Under the pieces are notes generated by a model that was not told the origin of the DNA, made no database searches, and saw only the letters and a program-made list of their open reading frames with translations. From the NCBI GenBank assembly GCA_949295325.1, contig CASFKG010000001.1:391928-455927 (forward strand): 64,000 bases of DNA, written 5' to 3'. Both the position numbers and the translations under genes were made by a program. This stretch comes from an uncultured bacterium. GTDB taxonomy: Bacteria > Bacillota_I > Bacilli_A > RFN20 > CAG-826. This document shows, in pieces, positions 10,085-22,504 of the stretch. Each line of letters starts with the position of its first letter. The stretch's first letter is position 1.

Positions 10085-10534
10085 TTAATGATACACGTTT
10101 CTTTGCTTCTTGAAAAAGGAAGTTAGGAGGTTCTCGCATTCCTCCCTGCGTTCGCCCATGTAGATAAGGGGGTGGTTGGGGTCCCGGTTGTCGTCGTAGA
10201 CCCTGTAGCGGCCGGTGACCGCCCCTTCTTTTGGGTCATAAGCCCCGAAATGGATGGATTTTATCCTGGCGGCCTTCAACGCACCCGCGCACATGAGGCA
10301 GGGTTCGAGGGTTATGTAGATTTCGCAGTCGCTAAGATCAAGCCGGCCGAGGACTCCCGAGGCGTTTTTAAGTGCCTCGATCTCCGCGTGGCCGGAGATG
10401 TCGAGTTTCCGTTCCCTCGTGTTGCGTCCCCTTGCGATTATCTTCCCGTCTTTGACGATAACCGCCCCGACCGGGATCTCTCCTTCCCTTTCGGCCGTTT
10501 TGGCCTCGATGATTGCTTCGAGCATGAAATCCAT
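10085..10534 (-). CDS. tadA: tRNA-specific adenosine deaminase
   Basis: CMP/dCMP deaminase zinc motifs HAE(IEAL) and PCLMCAGAL. Start trimmed to MDFMLEAIIEAK because the longer ORF N-terminus is low-complexity. Confidence 0.8.
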   Translation of the reverse strand: MDFMLEAIIEAKTAEREGEIPVGAVIVKDGKIIARGRNTRERKLDISGHAEIEALKNASGVLGRLDLSDCEIYITLEPCLMCAGALKAARIKSIHFGAYDPKEGAVTGRYRVYDDNRDPNHPLIYMGERREECENLLTSFFKKQRNVYH

Positions 10535-10650
10535 AGGACAAATAAAACAAAAACCACCGCACAGGGGAAGGGGGTTTAGGGCTGCTCGGTTCCCCGCCTG
10601 ACCCGGTTCGCCTCCCGCTCCTCGCGATGGCATAGCGATTATATACGCTT

Positions 10651-11928
10651 TTACTTCTTGGGTGTTAGATACTCCAGGCCGCCCATGTACGGGCGCAGGA
10701 CCTCGGGGATCCTGACCGATCCGTCGGCCTGCTGGAACTGTTCCAAGATGGCCGGGAATACCCGCGAAGTGGCCAGTCCCGAGCCGTTGAGGGTATGGCA
10801 GTAATGGGTTTTCCCGTCTTCTCCCCTATAGCGGATCATGCCGCGCCGGGCCTGGTAGTCCCGGGCGTTGGAAACGGAAGAAACCTCCTTGTAGATGTTC
10901 ATGGAGGGGATATAGACCTCGATATCGTACGTCCTCGCCATGGAGTGGGAGCAGTCGCCGGCGGCCAGCTTGTCGATCTGGTAGGCAAGGCCCAGCCCTT
11001 CGACCAGGGCCTTGGCTTTGTTAACCATTTCCTCGAAGGCGGCGTCGCTTCCGTCCTCGGTGGTGTACTGGACCATCTCGACCTTGTTGAACTGGTAACC
11101 CCTGACCATCCCGCGTTCCTCGGTGCGGTAGCTGCCGGCCTCGCGGCGGTAGCACGGGGTGTAGGCAAAGTACTTCTTCGGCAGCTCCTTTAGCGGAAGT
11201 ATTTCGTTGCGGTGCAGATTGACGAGCGCGGTTTCCGCGGTAGGCAGCAGGAATTTCTCCGGTTCGGTGCCGTCAAGCCAGAAGACCTCGTTTTTGAATT
11301 TCGGGAACTGTCCGGCCGTAAAGCCGCTTTCCTCGTTCAAAAGATGCGGCGGCAAGATGAAGGTGTACCCGTCCCTGAGGTGGGCGGAGACGAAGTAGTT
11401 GAGAAGCGCCCACTCGAGCTGTGCCCCGAGACCGGTATATATCCAGGTCCCGGTGCCGCTTATCTTCGCGGCCCGTTTGTAATCGATTAGGCCGAGCGAT
11501 TCGGCCAGTTCCACGTGGTTTTTGGGGGCAAAGCCGAATTTGGTCGGCTCGCCGAAACGGTAAATCGGATGGTTGTTCTCCTTATAGCCGGCAGCGAGGT
11601 CCGGATCGGGCAGATTCGGCAGTACTTCCACCGATTCCTTGATGGACCGCTCGATTTCTGCGAGGGTTTTCTCGTATTCCTCGTTTTCGCTCGAGAGTTT
11701 CTTCACCTCGGCGAAAATGGCCTGGACATCCCCTCCTTCCTTTTTTACCGAGGGAACGGATTTGGAAAGGCGGTTGCGTTCCGCCTTGTTGCTTTCGACC
11801 TTGGAGAGATAGGTCCTTCTGTCCCCGAAAAGCTTGAGCAAGGGCTCGGGATCGAAGTCCCAGCCCTTCTTGGCGAGGGCTTCCTTTACGTACTCCGGCT
11901 TTTCTTCGATGAGTTTGTAGTCAATCAT
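10651..11928 (-). CDS. serS: seryl-tRNA synthetase
   Basis: 425 aa with an N-terminal coiled-coil arm and class II aaRS core motifs. Typical SerS length. Confidence 0.95.
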   Translation of the reverse strand: MIDYKLIEEKPEYVKEALAKKGWDFDPEPLLKLFGDRRTYLSKVESNKAERNRLSKSVPSVKKEGGDVQAIFAEVKKLSSENEEYEKTLAEIERSIKESVEVLPNLPDPDLAAGYKENNHPIYRFGEPTKFGFAPKNHVELAESLGLIDYKRAAKISGTGTWIYTGLGAQLEWALLNYFVSAHLRDGYTFILPPHLLNEESGFTAGQFPKFKNEVFWLDGTEPEKFLLPTAETALVNLHRNEILPLKELPKKYFAYTPCYRREAGSYRTEERGMVRGYQFNKVEMVQYTTEDGSDAAFEEMVNKAKALVEGLGLAYQIDKLAAGDCSHSMARTYDIEVYIPSMNIYKEVSSVSNARDYQARRGMIRYRGEDGKTHYCHTLNGSGLATSRVFPAILEQFQQADGSVRIPEVLRPYMGGLEYLTPKK

Positions 11929-12937
11929 CTTTGGCTCCTTTCAATACTTCCTTATAGGATTCGACGATTGCTTTCCCGACGTTTGCGGGCGAAGCCTTCC
12001 TAACCTCTTCTTGTTCCGCTGATATAGTAGGCCTTAATTCCCCTTTGCGGTACAAGGACACCTTGAGGGCGAGTTCCTCGGGGGTGAGGCACCCGTAGGC
12101 CAGCCCGTCGCCGTATAGGGGGTCGCCTTCCAGGCTGGGCCCCAGCCTGAACACCTGAACCCCCGAAGCGAAGGCTTCGTAGGTGCCGATGGGGTCGTTA
12201 TGCCGGTAGGACAGGCTCAGATAGAAGGCAGACGAGGTCAGGCCGCTGCGGTAGAGATCGTCCGACCCGGAATCGCAGAAACGGATGTTGTCCGGCGTCT
12301 TGACGTTCAGCCTGTGTTTCTTCGAAGCGGTCTTCCTCGGGCTTTTGGCCAAGCCGAAGAAGTAGAAATCGATGTCCTTCAGGAGCTCCGCCACCCTGAG
12401 CACGGCCTCTAGCCCTTCTTCGTCGTCGTAGTCGCCCTTAAGGAAGGCGTGTTCGTGTCCGCCGCGGACCATGAAGTAACGGTAGAAGGCCCCTTTGGTG
12501 ACTTCGTCGAGGTTTTGGTAACGCTTTGGGTCGCTCGGCGGCGGCACTATGAGCGTATTGACTTCCGGCAGTTCCCTTTTGACCAGTCTTTCGGCATAGG
12601 CGGAAGGAACGTAAACCGCCTTGCTGCGGGTCAATAGGACCTTGGCTTTGGCGCTCAGTTTCGGCTTTCCGTCTACCCCGTATTCGAGGTAACGGGCTTC
12701 CGGGTCGTTCTCGGCATACAGGGCGGAGCAGACGACGTCGTAGCCCATGGCGGTCAGGTCCACGGCTTCCTTCTCGTGTATGGGGGAAAGCACGTGGACC
12801 AGATCGGGAAGGTCGCTCAGGGAGTCGACGGTTTTCACGCCGCACTCTTCGAGGGCGCCCTTCAGGTTCTTGCGCAACCTCGTACCGTCGTAGACGTCGA
12901 TCGCGTCCAACGGGGAATAGAGGACATAGACGCGCAT
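11921..12937 (-). CDS. hypothetical protein (possible Rossmann-like/glycosyltransferase-like fold, function unknown)
   Basis: 338-aa ORF packed between gyrA stop (12939) and serS start (8-nt overlap). No catalytic motif recognised. Confidence 0.55.
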   Translation of the reverse strand: MRVYVLYSPLDAIDVYDGTRLRKNLKGALEECGVKTVDSLSDLPDLVHVLSPIHEKEAVDLTAMGYDVVCSALYAENDPEARYLEYGVDGKPKLSAKAKVLLTRSKAVYVPSAYAERLVKRELPEVNTLIVPPPSDPKRYQNLDEVTKGAFYRYFMVRGGHEHAFLKGDYDDEEGLEAVLRVAELLKDIDFYFFGLAKSPRKTASKKHRLNVKTPDNIRFCDSGSDDLYRSGLTSSAFYLSLSYRHNDPIGTYEAFASGVQVFRLGPSLEGDPLYGDGLAYGCLTPEELALKVSLYRKGELRPTISAEQEEVRKASPANVGKAIVESYKEVLKGAKDD

Positions 12938-12938
12938 T

Positions 12939-15575
12939 TTATTCGACTTCGTCCGGAGTCACGACCTCTTCCGGCGCGGAGCCGCCGTCCTCGGCCGGCA
13001 TTTCTTCGGCTGCCGCCGCCTCTTCCTCGTCGCTATGGGGGACGACGGCAATCGAGGCGACCTTCTGGCGGTCTTCGAGCGCGATTATCTTGACGCCTTG
13101 GGTGTTGCGCCCGGCGATCTTGACCTGGGATAGCGGGGTCCTGATGACGATGCCCTGCTGGGTTATGACCAGCAGGTCTTCGTCGCCGTTCACGGCCCGC
13201 ATGGCTATGAGCTTGCCGTTCTTGTCGGTCGTCTTTAACGAAAGGACGCCTTTGGCTCCGCGCTTGGTCAAGCGGTAGCCGTCGTAGTGCCTTCCGTCTT
13301 CCGTATCGACGTCCTTGGCATAGCTGATCTTGCCGTAGCCCTTCTGCGTCAAGACGAGTATCTTGTCGCCTTCCAGGCTGCTGGTGATTCCGACGATGTG
13401 TTCGTTTTCCTCCAAGTCCATGCCGCGGACGCCGGCGGCGGTCCTGCCCATCGGACGGACGTCGGTTTCGTAGAAGGAACAGACCTTCCCGTTGTCGGCG
13501 CCCAGCGAGACGATCACGTGGCCGTCGGTAAGCTTGACGTCCAAGAGGTTGTCGCCTTCGCGGAGCGAAAGGGCGATCTTGCCGTTGTTGTGGATGGATT
13601 TGAATTCGCTGAGGGCGGTGCGCTTTACCACGCCGTTTGCGGAGCAGAAGAAGAGATAGCGGCCGTCGTCGTAGTTGTCGCACGGCACTATCGAGACGAT
13701 GCGTTCTTCCTTGTCGAGGTTCAACAGGTTGTTGACGGGCATGCCCTTGCCGACCCTCGAGGAGTCGGGGACGCGGTAGCCCCTCATGCGGTAGACCTTC
13801 CCGAAGCTCGAGAAGAAGAGCAGGTCGGTGTGGGTATGGGCATGCAGCATGATCGAAACGATGTCGTTGCTGTAGGTGGAAATGCCCTTCACGCCCTTCC
13901 CTCCCCTGTTCTGGGTACGGAAGGTGTCGTCGTTCATCCTCTTGAGATAGCCGTTCTTGGTGAGGACGATTATGAGGTCTTCCTGCGGAATCAGGTCTTC
14001 GTTATCGATGTCTCCGGCGGCGTCGGTTATTTCGGTCAGGCGCTTGTCGCCGAATTTCCCCTTGATCTCGTTGAGTTCCTCGATCATGAGATCGACGATG
14101 TTGTCGCGGTTAGACAGCAGGCGGTTGTACTCGGCGATGTTCCTCAGCAACTGTTCGTGCTCGTCGCGGAGCTTCGCCTGTTCCAATCCCTGAAGGCGGC
14201 GGAGGGTCATGGCCAAGATGGCGGCGACCTGCGGCTCGTCGAAGCCGAAGCGTTCGTTTAGCCTACGTCCCGACTCCTCGTCGTTCTTGCTGTCGCGGAT
14301 TATGTGGATTACCTCGTCGATGTTGTCGTGGGCCATCATGAGTCCGACGACTATGTGGTCGCGGTCCGAATCCTTCTTGAGGCGGAATTTGGTGCGCCTG
14401 GTCAAAACGCGGACCTGGAATTCGATGTAATTGCGCAGAAGCTCGGTAATCGGGAGGATTTTCGGGGCTCCGTCGACCAAGCAGAGGTTGATGACCCCGA
14501 AGTTGCACTGCAGCTGGGTGTGTTTCAGGAGGTTGTTGGCGACGACCTCCGGAACGGCCTCGCGCTTGACTTCGATGACGATGCGGATGCCTTCCTTGTT
14601 GGATTCGTCGCGGACGTCGGTTATGCCTTCGACCACCTTGTCGCGGACCAGCTGGGCGATGTTGGAAATCATCGCCGATTTATTCACCTGGTAGGGGATT
14701 TCGGTGACTATTATTCGGGATTTGCCGTTGTCCATTTCCTCGATGTGGTAACGCGAACGGATGGTTATGGTGCCGGTGCCGGTCGTATAGGCGTCGAGGA
14801 TTCCTTGGCGGCCGAGTATGACGCCGCCGGTCGGGAAATCGGGTCCCGGTAGGTAATTGGCCATTATTTCGGCCGGGGTGAGATCGGGGTTCTTCGAAAG
14901 CGCGACGACCGCATCGATGGTTTCCGAAAGGTTGTGGGGCGGCATGTTGGTGGCCATGCCGACGGCGATGCCTTCCGCGCCGTTGACGATCAGGTTCGGG
15001 AAGCGGCTCGGGAGTACTTCCGGTTCCTTTTCGGTGCCGTCGTAGTTGTCGACGAAATCGACGGTTCCCTGGTTAATGTCGCGGACCATTTCCACGGCCA
15101 GCTTGCTCATGCGGGCTTCGGTATAACGCATGGCGGCCGGTTCGTCGCCGTCGACGGAGCCGAAGTTGCCATGCCCGTCCACCAGCGTGTAGCGGAGGCT
15201 GAAGGGCTGGGCCAGGCGCACGAGGGTCATGTAGATGGCGCTATCGCCGTGCGGGTGGTATTTGCCCATGACGTCGCCGACGATACGGGCGGATTTCTTG
15301 TAGGGGCTGCCGGGTTGCATGCCGGTTTCGTTCATCGCGTAGACGATGCGGCGCTGGACGGGCTTGAAGCCGTCCCTCACGTCCGGAAGGGCACGCGACA
15401 CGATGACCGACATCGCGTAGTTCAGGAAAGCGGTTTGGACTTCCTTAGTCAAGTCGCGGTCGATCATACCCGGGACGATGCCCTCGACCGCTTCCCCGAA
15501 TTCCTCCTCGGGGGCGGCTTTGGAGTCTTCTGCGTTCTCCCCTTCGGCCGGGGTCTTCTTGTCTTCGTTTTCCAT
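12939..15575 (-). CDS. gyrA: DNA gyrase subunit A
   Basis: Canonical ...[25 protein letters not shown]... active-site region, 878 aa, acidic C-terminal tail. Confidence 0.97.
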   Translation of the reverse strand: MENEDKKTPAEGENAEDSKAAPEEEFGEAVEGIVPGMIDRDLTKEVQTAFLNYAMSVIVSRALPDVRDGFKPVQRRIVYAMNETGMQPGSPYKKSARIVGDVMGKYHPHGDSAIYMTLVRLAQPFSLRYTLVDGHGNFGSVDGDEPAAMRYTEARMSKLAVEMVRDINQGTVDFVDNYDGTEKEPEVLPSRFPNLIVNGAEGIAVGMATNMPPHNLSETIDAVVALSKNPDLTPAEIMANYLPGPDFPTGGVILGRQGILDAYTTGTGTITIRSRYHIEEMDNGKSRIIVTEIPYQVNKSAMISNIAQLVRDKVVEGITDVRDESNKEGIRIVIEVKREAVPEVVANNLLKHTQLQCNFGVINLCLVDGAPKILPITELLRNYIEFQVRVLTRRTKFRLKKDSDRDHIVVGLMMAHDNIDEVIHIIRDSKNDEESGRRLNERFGFDEPQVAAILAMTLRRLQGLEQAKLRDEHEQLLRNIAEYNRLLSNRDNIVDLMIEELNEIKGKFGDKRLTEITDAAGDIDNEDLIPQEDLIIVLTKNGYLKRMNDDTFRTQNRGGKGVKGISTYSNDIVSIMLHAHTHTDLLFFSSFGKVYRMRGYRVPDSSRVGKGMPVNNLLNLDKEERIVSIVPCDNYDDGRYLFFCSANGVVKRTALSEFKSIHNNGKIALSLREGDNLLDVKLTDGHVIVSLGADNGKVCSFYETDVRPMGRTAAGVRGMDLEENEHIVGITSSLEGDKILVLTQKGYGKISYAKDVDTEDGRHYDGYRLTKRGAKGVLSLKTTDKNGKLIAMRAVNGDEDLLVITQQGIVIRTPLSQVKIAGRNTQGVKIIALEDRQKVASIAVVPHSDEEEAAAAEEMPAEDGGSAPEEVVTPDEVE

Positions 15576-15585
15576 GTGCTTCTCC

Positions 15586-17622
<2,037 letters not shown>

Positions 17623-18693
17623 TTATTTATCCTCCATGCGGATGGTGTTGGTATCGATACGGTTGATGTCTTCGGCCGGTATGTCCTCGGCGCTCGTGAT
17701 TATGGTCTGTTCGTAACTTCGCAAGAGCCCGAAGAGCCGATCGCGGTGTGCGGCATCCAGTTCGCTCAGGACGTCGTCCAGGAGCACGACCGGTTCGTTT
17801 TCGCTGCCTCTTAGCAGTTCGTAGGGGGCGAGTTTCAGGGCCAGGGCCCCCATGCGGTTTTCGCCTTGGCTTCCGTATAGCCCAATGTCCTTCCCATTGA
17901 GCAGCATGCGGAAGTCCTCGCGGTGGATGCCTCCCTGGGTGGCCCCGTAGCGGAGGTCCGATTCGAGGCTTTGCCGGTAATAGTTCCCGGCGGCCTCCCC
18001 GTAGTCGTGTCCCTCATCGACGAACGGCTTGTAGAGGAGGAGGGCCCTCTTGTCTTCGCCGTATAGCGCCGAAGAAGTCGTTCCGATGGCCTCGGAAAGA
18101 CCGGAGAGATAGGCCGAGCGTTTCCTTTCGACGGGGGCGGAAACCGCTATCAGCCTCTGCGTGACGGCCTCTATCGCGGCCAAGTCGGGTTCTTCTTCCT
18201 TGAGAAGCGCATTGCGGTCCTTCAGGAGCTTCCCGTAGTCGCTTAGGGCCTTCAGGTAGTCTTTGTCTTCCCTACTGATGCAGAGATCCAGGAACGACCT
18301 TCTCGCGCTCGGGGACCCGAGGAAGAGCCCGACGTCTTCCGGATAGAAGAGCAGGGCGTTCAGCCGGCCTATCAGCGAGCTGAGTTTCCTGAGGGGTTTG
18401 CCGTCCACGGTGACCTTCTTGCCTTCCTTGGAGAAGCAAGACGCAACGCGGTAGGAGCCGCTCCCCCTTAGGACCCGCGCCTCGGCATAGGCTTCCTTTT
18501 TGCCATATGCGATTAGCGGCAGGTCGGAGTCGGTCCGGAAGCTGCGGCCGACGCTCAGGGCATAGACGGCCTCGAGTATGTTGGTCTTGCCCGAGCCGTT
18601 GGGTCCGTGGATCAGGTTGACCCCCTTTCCGAACGCGATGTCCAGTCTTGGGTAGTTCCGGAAATCGCGGAGCCTTAGAGAGGCGACCCTCAT
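17623..18693 (-). CDS. recF: DNA replication and repair protein RecF
   Basis: Walker A GPNGSGKTN and conserved RecF N-terminus MRVASLRLRDFRNY. Start set at that Met, 357 aa. The 448-aa ORF extension was rejected. Confidence 0.9.
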   Translation of the reverse strand: MRVASLRLRDFRNYPRLDIAFGKGVNLIHGPNGSGKTNILEAVYALSVGRSFRTDSDLPLIAYGKKEAYAEARVLRGSGSYRVASCFSKEGKKVTVDGKPLRKLSSLIGRLNALLFYPEDVGLFLGSPSARRSFLDLCISREDKDYLKALSDYGKLLKDRNALLKEEEPDLAAIEAVTQRLIAVSAPVERKRSAYLSGLSEAIGTTSSALYGEDKRALLLYKPFVDEGHDYGEAAGNYYRQSLESDLRYGATQGGIHREDFRMLLNGKDIGLYGSQGENRMGALALKLAPYELLRGSENEPVVLLDDVLSELDAAHRDRLFGLLRSYEQTIITSAEDIPAEDINRIDTNTIRMEDK

Positions 18694-18914
18694 GTGGACA
18701 AAATCCTGAACGTCCCTTCCTTGAGCGTCACCGTATCGCCGGGATGGAGCTTTCTCCCCCGGCGGTTGTCGGGTTCGCCGTTGACGTAGACCTCGTTGCT
18801 CGAAAGGTAGGATTTTGCCTCCCCTCCGGTCGAAATCACGTCCGCGAATTTCAGGAATTGCCCCAGGGCAATCGTGTCGCCTTTGATATAGACGTTTTTG
18901 GCACTTTCTTCCAC
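18690..18914 (-). CDS. yaaA: S4-domain RNA-binding protein YaaA
   Basis: 74-aa S4-like protein in the conserved dnaN-yaaA-recF position. 4-nt overlap with recF start. Confidence 0.8.
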   Translation of the reverse strand: MEESAKNVYIKGDTIALGQFLKFADVISTGGEAKSYLSSNEVYVNGEPDNRRGRKLHPGDTVTLKEGTFRILST

Positions 18915-18985
18915 GCGGATAGTTTACTACTACGTAGTAAAAAAGAAAACGCCTTTCGGCGTCTTCCAAGCACTATTCAGAAGGC

Positions 18986-20107
18986 TTAGCGGGACCTCAT
19001 CGGAGTGACGACTTCGATGATCGAATCGTCCTTGGGGTTCTTGACCATGAACGGCTTCATTTCCCCCAGGAAGGAAATGATGACGTCTTGCCCCCGGACG
19101 GCCTTGACGGCATCGGCGACGAAGGTCGAGTTGAAACTGATCTCGAGACGTTCGCCGGTATATTGGAAGTTTTCAAGGCACTCGGTACCGGACCCCGTGG
19201 CGTCCGATCTGGTCGAAACCTCGACCCTGTCCCTGGTCATGGTCAGTTTGACGACCGGGGCGCGGTCGGCGTTTAGAACGCCGATGCGTTCGATGGCGCT
19301 GAGGAGCTCCAGGGCGTTGGTCTCGAGATAGTAGTTGAAGGTGGTCGGAATGATGTGGTCGTTTATCGGATATTCGCCCGAGAGGACGGAGCACGAAACG
19401 AGGGTGCTGCCGAACGCGAAGATGGTCTTGTCGGGGAAGCACGACATGCGGACCTTGTCGTAGCCCTCCAGCATCCTCACGACGGTCGTGAGCGTTTTGG
19501 CGGGTACGTTGGTCGCAAAGGCGATGTTGGCGGGAATATCGACGCATTTGCGGGAAAGCCTCGCCGAGTCGCTCGCAGTGGCGGTCAGCCTGCCGCCGGC
19601 GGCTTTGAGGAATATGCCGGTCAATACCGGCCGGCTGGACTTGATGGGGGCCGCAAAGGAAGTCTGGTCGACCAGTTCGGTAAGGGTCTTCGCGGAGAGT
19701 TCGAAGGAATTTTCGGACTCTTCCAAGACGACGTCGGGGTACTGGGCGGCATCGATGCAGTTGAGTTTGAACTCGCTCTTGCCGTCGCTTAGCTTGGCCA
19801 CGGAGCCGTCAACCACTTCGATGGTGACTTCGGCGGAGTCGATCTTTTTCAGCAGTTCGCTAAGTACGCGGGCGTTGAGGAGGATGGCGCCGCTGGCGGC
19901 GTTCCTTATTATTTCGGTTTCTCCGATCGCCAACGGTACAAGCGTAAAGACCGTTATGTCGTTGTCGCTTCCGGTGATCTCGAGCCCCCTGCTGGTCATT
20001 TCGAGCTTGAAGGTCATGAGAACCGGGTTGGCGGACTTCGCTCCTATGGCGTGCCCGGCCGTTACCAGGCCTTTGAGAAACTCTTCTTTGTTAATGGTTA
20101 AGCGCAT
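18986..20107 (-). CDS. dnaN: DNA polymerase III beta sliding clamp
   Basis: 373 aa with a three-domain clamp pattern, immediately downstream of dnaA. Confidence 0.95.
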   Translation of the reverse strand: MRLTINKEEFLKGLVTAGHAIGAKSANPVLMTFKLEMTSRGLEITGSDNDITVFTLVPLAIGETEIIRNAASGAILLNARVLSELLKKIDSAEVTIEVVDGSVAKLSDGKSEFKLNCIDAAQYPDVVLEESENSFELSAKTLTELVDQTSFAAPIKSSRPVLTGIFLKAAGGRLTATASDSARLSRKCVDIPANIAFATNVPAKTLTTVVRMLEGYDKVRMSCFPDKTIFAFGSTLVSCSVLSGEYPINDHIIPTTFNYYLETNALELLSAIERIGVLNADRAPVVKLTMTRDRVEVSTRSDATGSGTECLENFQYTGERLEISFNSTFVADAVKAVRGQDVIISFLGEMKPFMVKNPKDDSIIEVVTPMRSR

Positions 20108-20258
20108 GACTTGGCCCCCCTTAAGTTTATTTATTCTTTCTTGCTTTTTATTAACTACGACGATGATTATGTCGGTGGAAAATGTGGATAACTCGATTTT
20201 CGACCTCCGACATTATACTTTTCCTATTTCGGTCTGACACGGATTTCTTAGGAAATCA
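20108..20258. promoter_or_regulatory. oriC part 2: dnaA-dnaN intergenic DnaA box plus AT-rich candidate unwinding element
   Basis: Perfect DnaA box TGTGGATAA at 20183-20191 and an AT-rich tract at about 20121-20170 (ttaagtttatttattctttcttgctttttatt). Firmicutes often have a bipartite origin flanking dnaA. Confidence 0.6.
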
Positions 20259-21614
20259 CTAACCTTTTAACTTGGCCTTGAGGGTGCTTACGGTCTTGCG
20301 GAGATCGGCGTCTGTTTTCAACGTTTTTTCCACTTTTTGTACACCGTTCATAACCGTGGCGTGGTCTTTGCCGCCGAAGTACTCCCCTATCTTGGCGAAA
20401 GGAAGATCCAATATATTCCTTATTAGATACATGGCGATGTGACGGGCCAAGGCTATCTGCCCGGTACGGTTCCTTCCGGTAATCTGGGCCGGGGAAAGAT
20501 AGAAGAAATCGGCTACCGTGTTGACGATTTTCTCCTCGCTTATCTTGGTGTCTTCTTCCTTGGCCTCGATGTCGTCCTGGACGGCCCTTTTTGCTTCTTC
20601 GAGGGTAATCGTCTTGGAGGGGTGCCCCGTCATGAAGAAAATCAGGCGGACCAGCCTTCCCTCGAGCTCGCGTACGTTGCTCGAGAACTGCTTCGCGAAG
20701 AAAGGAATGATTTCTGGGTCAAAGGCCGATTCGTCAAGACCGTAGGCTTTAATTTTTGTTCTCAATATCCTTTCCGACGTTTCTTGGTCCGGCGGGTTTA
20801 CCGATAGCGTCAGCCCTTGGGCGAACCTCGTGAGAAGACGTGAGGAGAAGCCCTCCATCTTCGAGGGGTGGGTATCGCTCGTAAGCACGACCTGCCTACC
20901 CAAGCTTATCAACATATTAAAGATCGAAAAGAACGTTTCCTCGGTATTTCTGCGGCCTTTTAGAAATTGCACATCATCGACGAGGAGCATATCGACACGA
21001 TCGCGGAAAAATCCACGCAATTCGTCACCTCTTTTTTCACCAGTGACGAATTTCACGTATTCATCGAAGAATCCGTCCGCCGTGACATAGAGGACTTCTT
21101 TGCCGGGGAAACGCGCCTTGTAAGCATTTCCTATGGCGGTCAAAAGATGTGTTTTCCCGAGTCCCGAGCCTCCATAAATAAAGAGAGGATTGTATATGCC
21201 GGCCGGAGCCTTAGCCGCCATAAGGGCGGCTTGGTAGGCGGCGCGGTTGCTGTCGCCCTCGACGAAGTTCTCGAAGGTGAATTTTGGATCGAGGACGGAG
21301 TCCTTGAAGAATGAAGTCGTTTCTTTATTTTTCTTGTTGTCTTCGGCTTTGTCGCCTTCTTCGACGAATTCGACTGAGTAGTCGGACTGCGTAACGTCGC
21401 GGATTACCCTGTTTACCATCGGAGTATAGGATTTTGTAAGTACCTGAACGGCGACCGGCGAATTGACGGCGACGTAAAGGGTTTTACCGACGGCCCCGTT
21501 TATCTTGGTCGAAGAGAAAAACGAATCATAGACCTGGTTGTCGTCTATCTCGGAGGCGATTCTTTTCTGGGCCTCCTTCCAGATGTCGGCTAGTGCGGTG
21601 ACGGTGGTATCCAT
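20259..21614 (-). CDS. dnaA: chromosomal replication initiator protein DnaA
   Basis: AAA+ Walker A GGSGLGKTHLL, a C-terminal DnaA-box binding domain, 451 aa. Confidence 0.97.
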   Translation of the reverse strand: MDTTVTALADIWKEAQKRIASEIDDNQVYDSFFSSTKINGAVGKTLYVAVNSPVAVQVLTKSYTPMVNRVIRDVTQSDYSVEFVEEGDKAEDNKKNKETTSFFKDSVLDPKFTFENFVEGDSNRAAYQAALMAAKAPAGIYNPLFIYGGSGLGKTHLLTAIGNAYKARFPGKEVLYVTADGFFDEYVKFVTGEKRGDELRGFFRDRVDMLLVDDVQFLKGRRNTEETFFSIFNMLISLGRQVVLTSDTHPSKMEGFSSRLLTRFAQGLTLSVNPPDQETSERILRTKIKAYGLDESAFDPEIIPFFAKQFSSNVRELEGRLVRLIFFMTGHPSKTITLEEAKRAVQDDIEAKEEDTKISEEKIVNTVADFFYLSPAQITGRNRTGQIALARHIAMYLIRNILDLPFAKIGEYFGGKDHATVMNGVQKVEKTLKTDADLRKTVSTLKAKLKG

Positions 21615-21636
21615 TTCGGGGAAAATTTACCACTTT

Positions 21637-21993
21637 TCAACAATTGCTAGTATACGAAAGGTCAAAATCTAAAGTTATCCACAATCGATAATTCGAAAAC
21701 ACAGCGCCGCTGCTAGGAAAAACGTTTTCCACAACTTTGAGAATGTGGATAAAATGTGGATAACTTATTAACAACCGAACGAAATGTGGATAACTAGAAG
21801 GGAATCGCCTGTTTTCCACGGTCGGACATCCTTGAAAAACCAGAAACCGTCTAGCTGAAATGCCTGTTTTCCACAGGAATGTTGATAATTTTTCCACCGG
21901 TGAGTGGATAACTTTTTCGGTCTCGCGTGCGAGAGGGCGCGCAATAGATATTCCTTGTGGGCGGGTGCCCGAGTCCCTATAATCTACCCGCAC
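21637..21993. promoter_or_regulatory. oriC part 1: DnaA-box cluster upstream of dnaA
   Basis: Perfect DnaA boxes TTATCCACA at 21674-21682 and TGTGGATAA at 21744-21752, 21755-21763 and 21785-21793. Near-matches TTTTCCACA at 21725-21733 and 21867-21875, and AGTGGATAA at 21903-21911. Confidence 0.8.
21955..21983 (+). promoter_or_regulatory. sigma-A-type promoter of rpmH
   Basis: -35 TTGTGG (21955-21960), 17-nt spacer, -10 TATAAT (21978-21983), then RBS AGAGGAGAG before the rpmH ATG. Confidence 0.5.
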
Positions 21994-22025
21994 GCACGTT
22001 TTTACCGCGAAGAGGAGAGTAGATC

Positions 22026-22163
22026 ATGAGCAAGAAAACCTATCAGCCCAGCAAGCTAAAGCACCAAAACGTCAACGGCTTCAGGGCCCGCATGAGCACC
22101 CATAACGGCCGCAAGGTCCTAGCCCGCCGCCGCGCCAAGGGCCGCGCCGTCATCAGCGCCTAA
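22026..22163 (+). CDS. rpmH: 50S ribosomal protein L34
   Basis: 45-aa [48 protein letters not shown]. Too short for the ORF track. Classic L34 sequence directly upstream of rnpA. Confidence 0.85.
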   Translation: MSKKTYQPSKLKHQNVNGFRARMSTHNGRKVLARRRAKGRAVISA

Positions 22164-22165
22164 GG

Positions 22166-22504
22166 ATGAAAAAAACCGACCGGATCCTTTCTTACGAGGA
22201 GTTCGCGGAGATTAGGAAAAACGGGACCCGCGTCAGAAGCGGGTCCTTCCTAATAAGCTACCGGAAAGGCAGCACCGGCCGCGCCCGTGTCGGGATAAGC
22301 GTAAGCAAGAAAAACGGCAATGCCGTCATCCGCAACCTAATCAAAAGGCAAGTCCGTGCCGCCATCGACGACTGTCTCGATTATTCCTCGGGCCTAGATA
22401 TCGTCATTACCGCCCGTTACGGTTACGACACCGCCAAAGGCCGGGAAAACGCAGCCGAGTTGGCCGCGGAACTGAAAGCCATCGGAGCAACTAACATTGA
22501 ATAG
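22166..22504 (+). CDS. rnpA: ribonuclease P protein component
   Basis: 112-aa basic protein in the conserved rpmH-rnpA-yidC position. Confidence 0.9.
   Translation: MKKTDRILSYEEFAEIRKNGTRVRSGSFLISYRKGSTGRARVGISVSKKNGNAVIRNLIKRQVRAAIDDCLDYSSGLDIVITARYGYDTAKGRENAAELAAELKAIGATNIE

Noticed and set aside
10535-10633. 33-codon N-terminal extension of tadA
   Set aside because: The extension is low-complexity (RGAGGEPGQAGNRAALNP). The conserved deaminase begins at MDFMLEAIIEAK.
13287-14261. 324-aa plus-strand ORF inside gyrA
   Set aside because: Antisense to gyrA, a universally conserved gene. Val/Ala/Asp-rich mirror-frame artefact.
18694-18969. 92-codon N-terminal extension of the recF ORF (448-aa version)
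   Set aside because: The extension is Arg-rich and would overlap the conserved S4-domain yaaA gene. The conserved RecF N-terminus MRVASLRLRDFRNY begins at 18693, giving a typical 357-aa RecF with ATGA coupling to yaaA.
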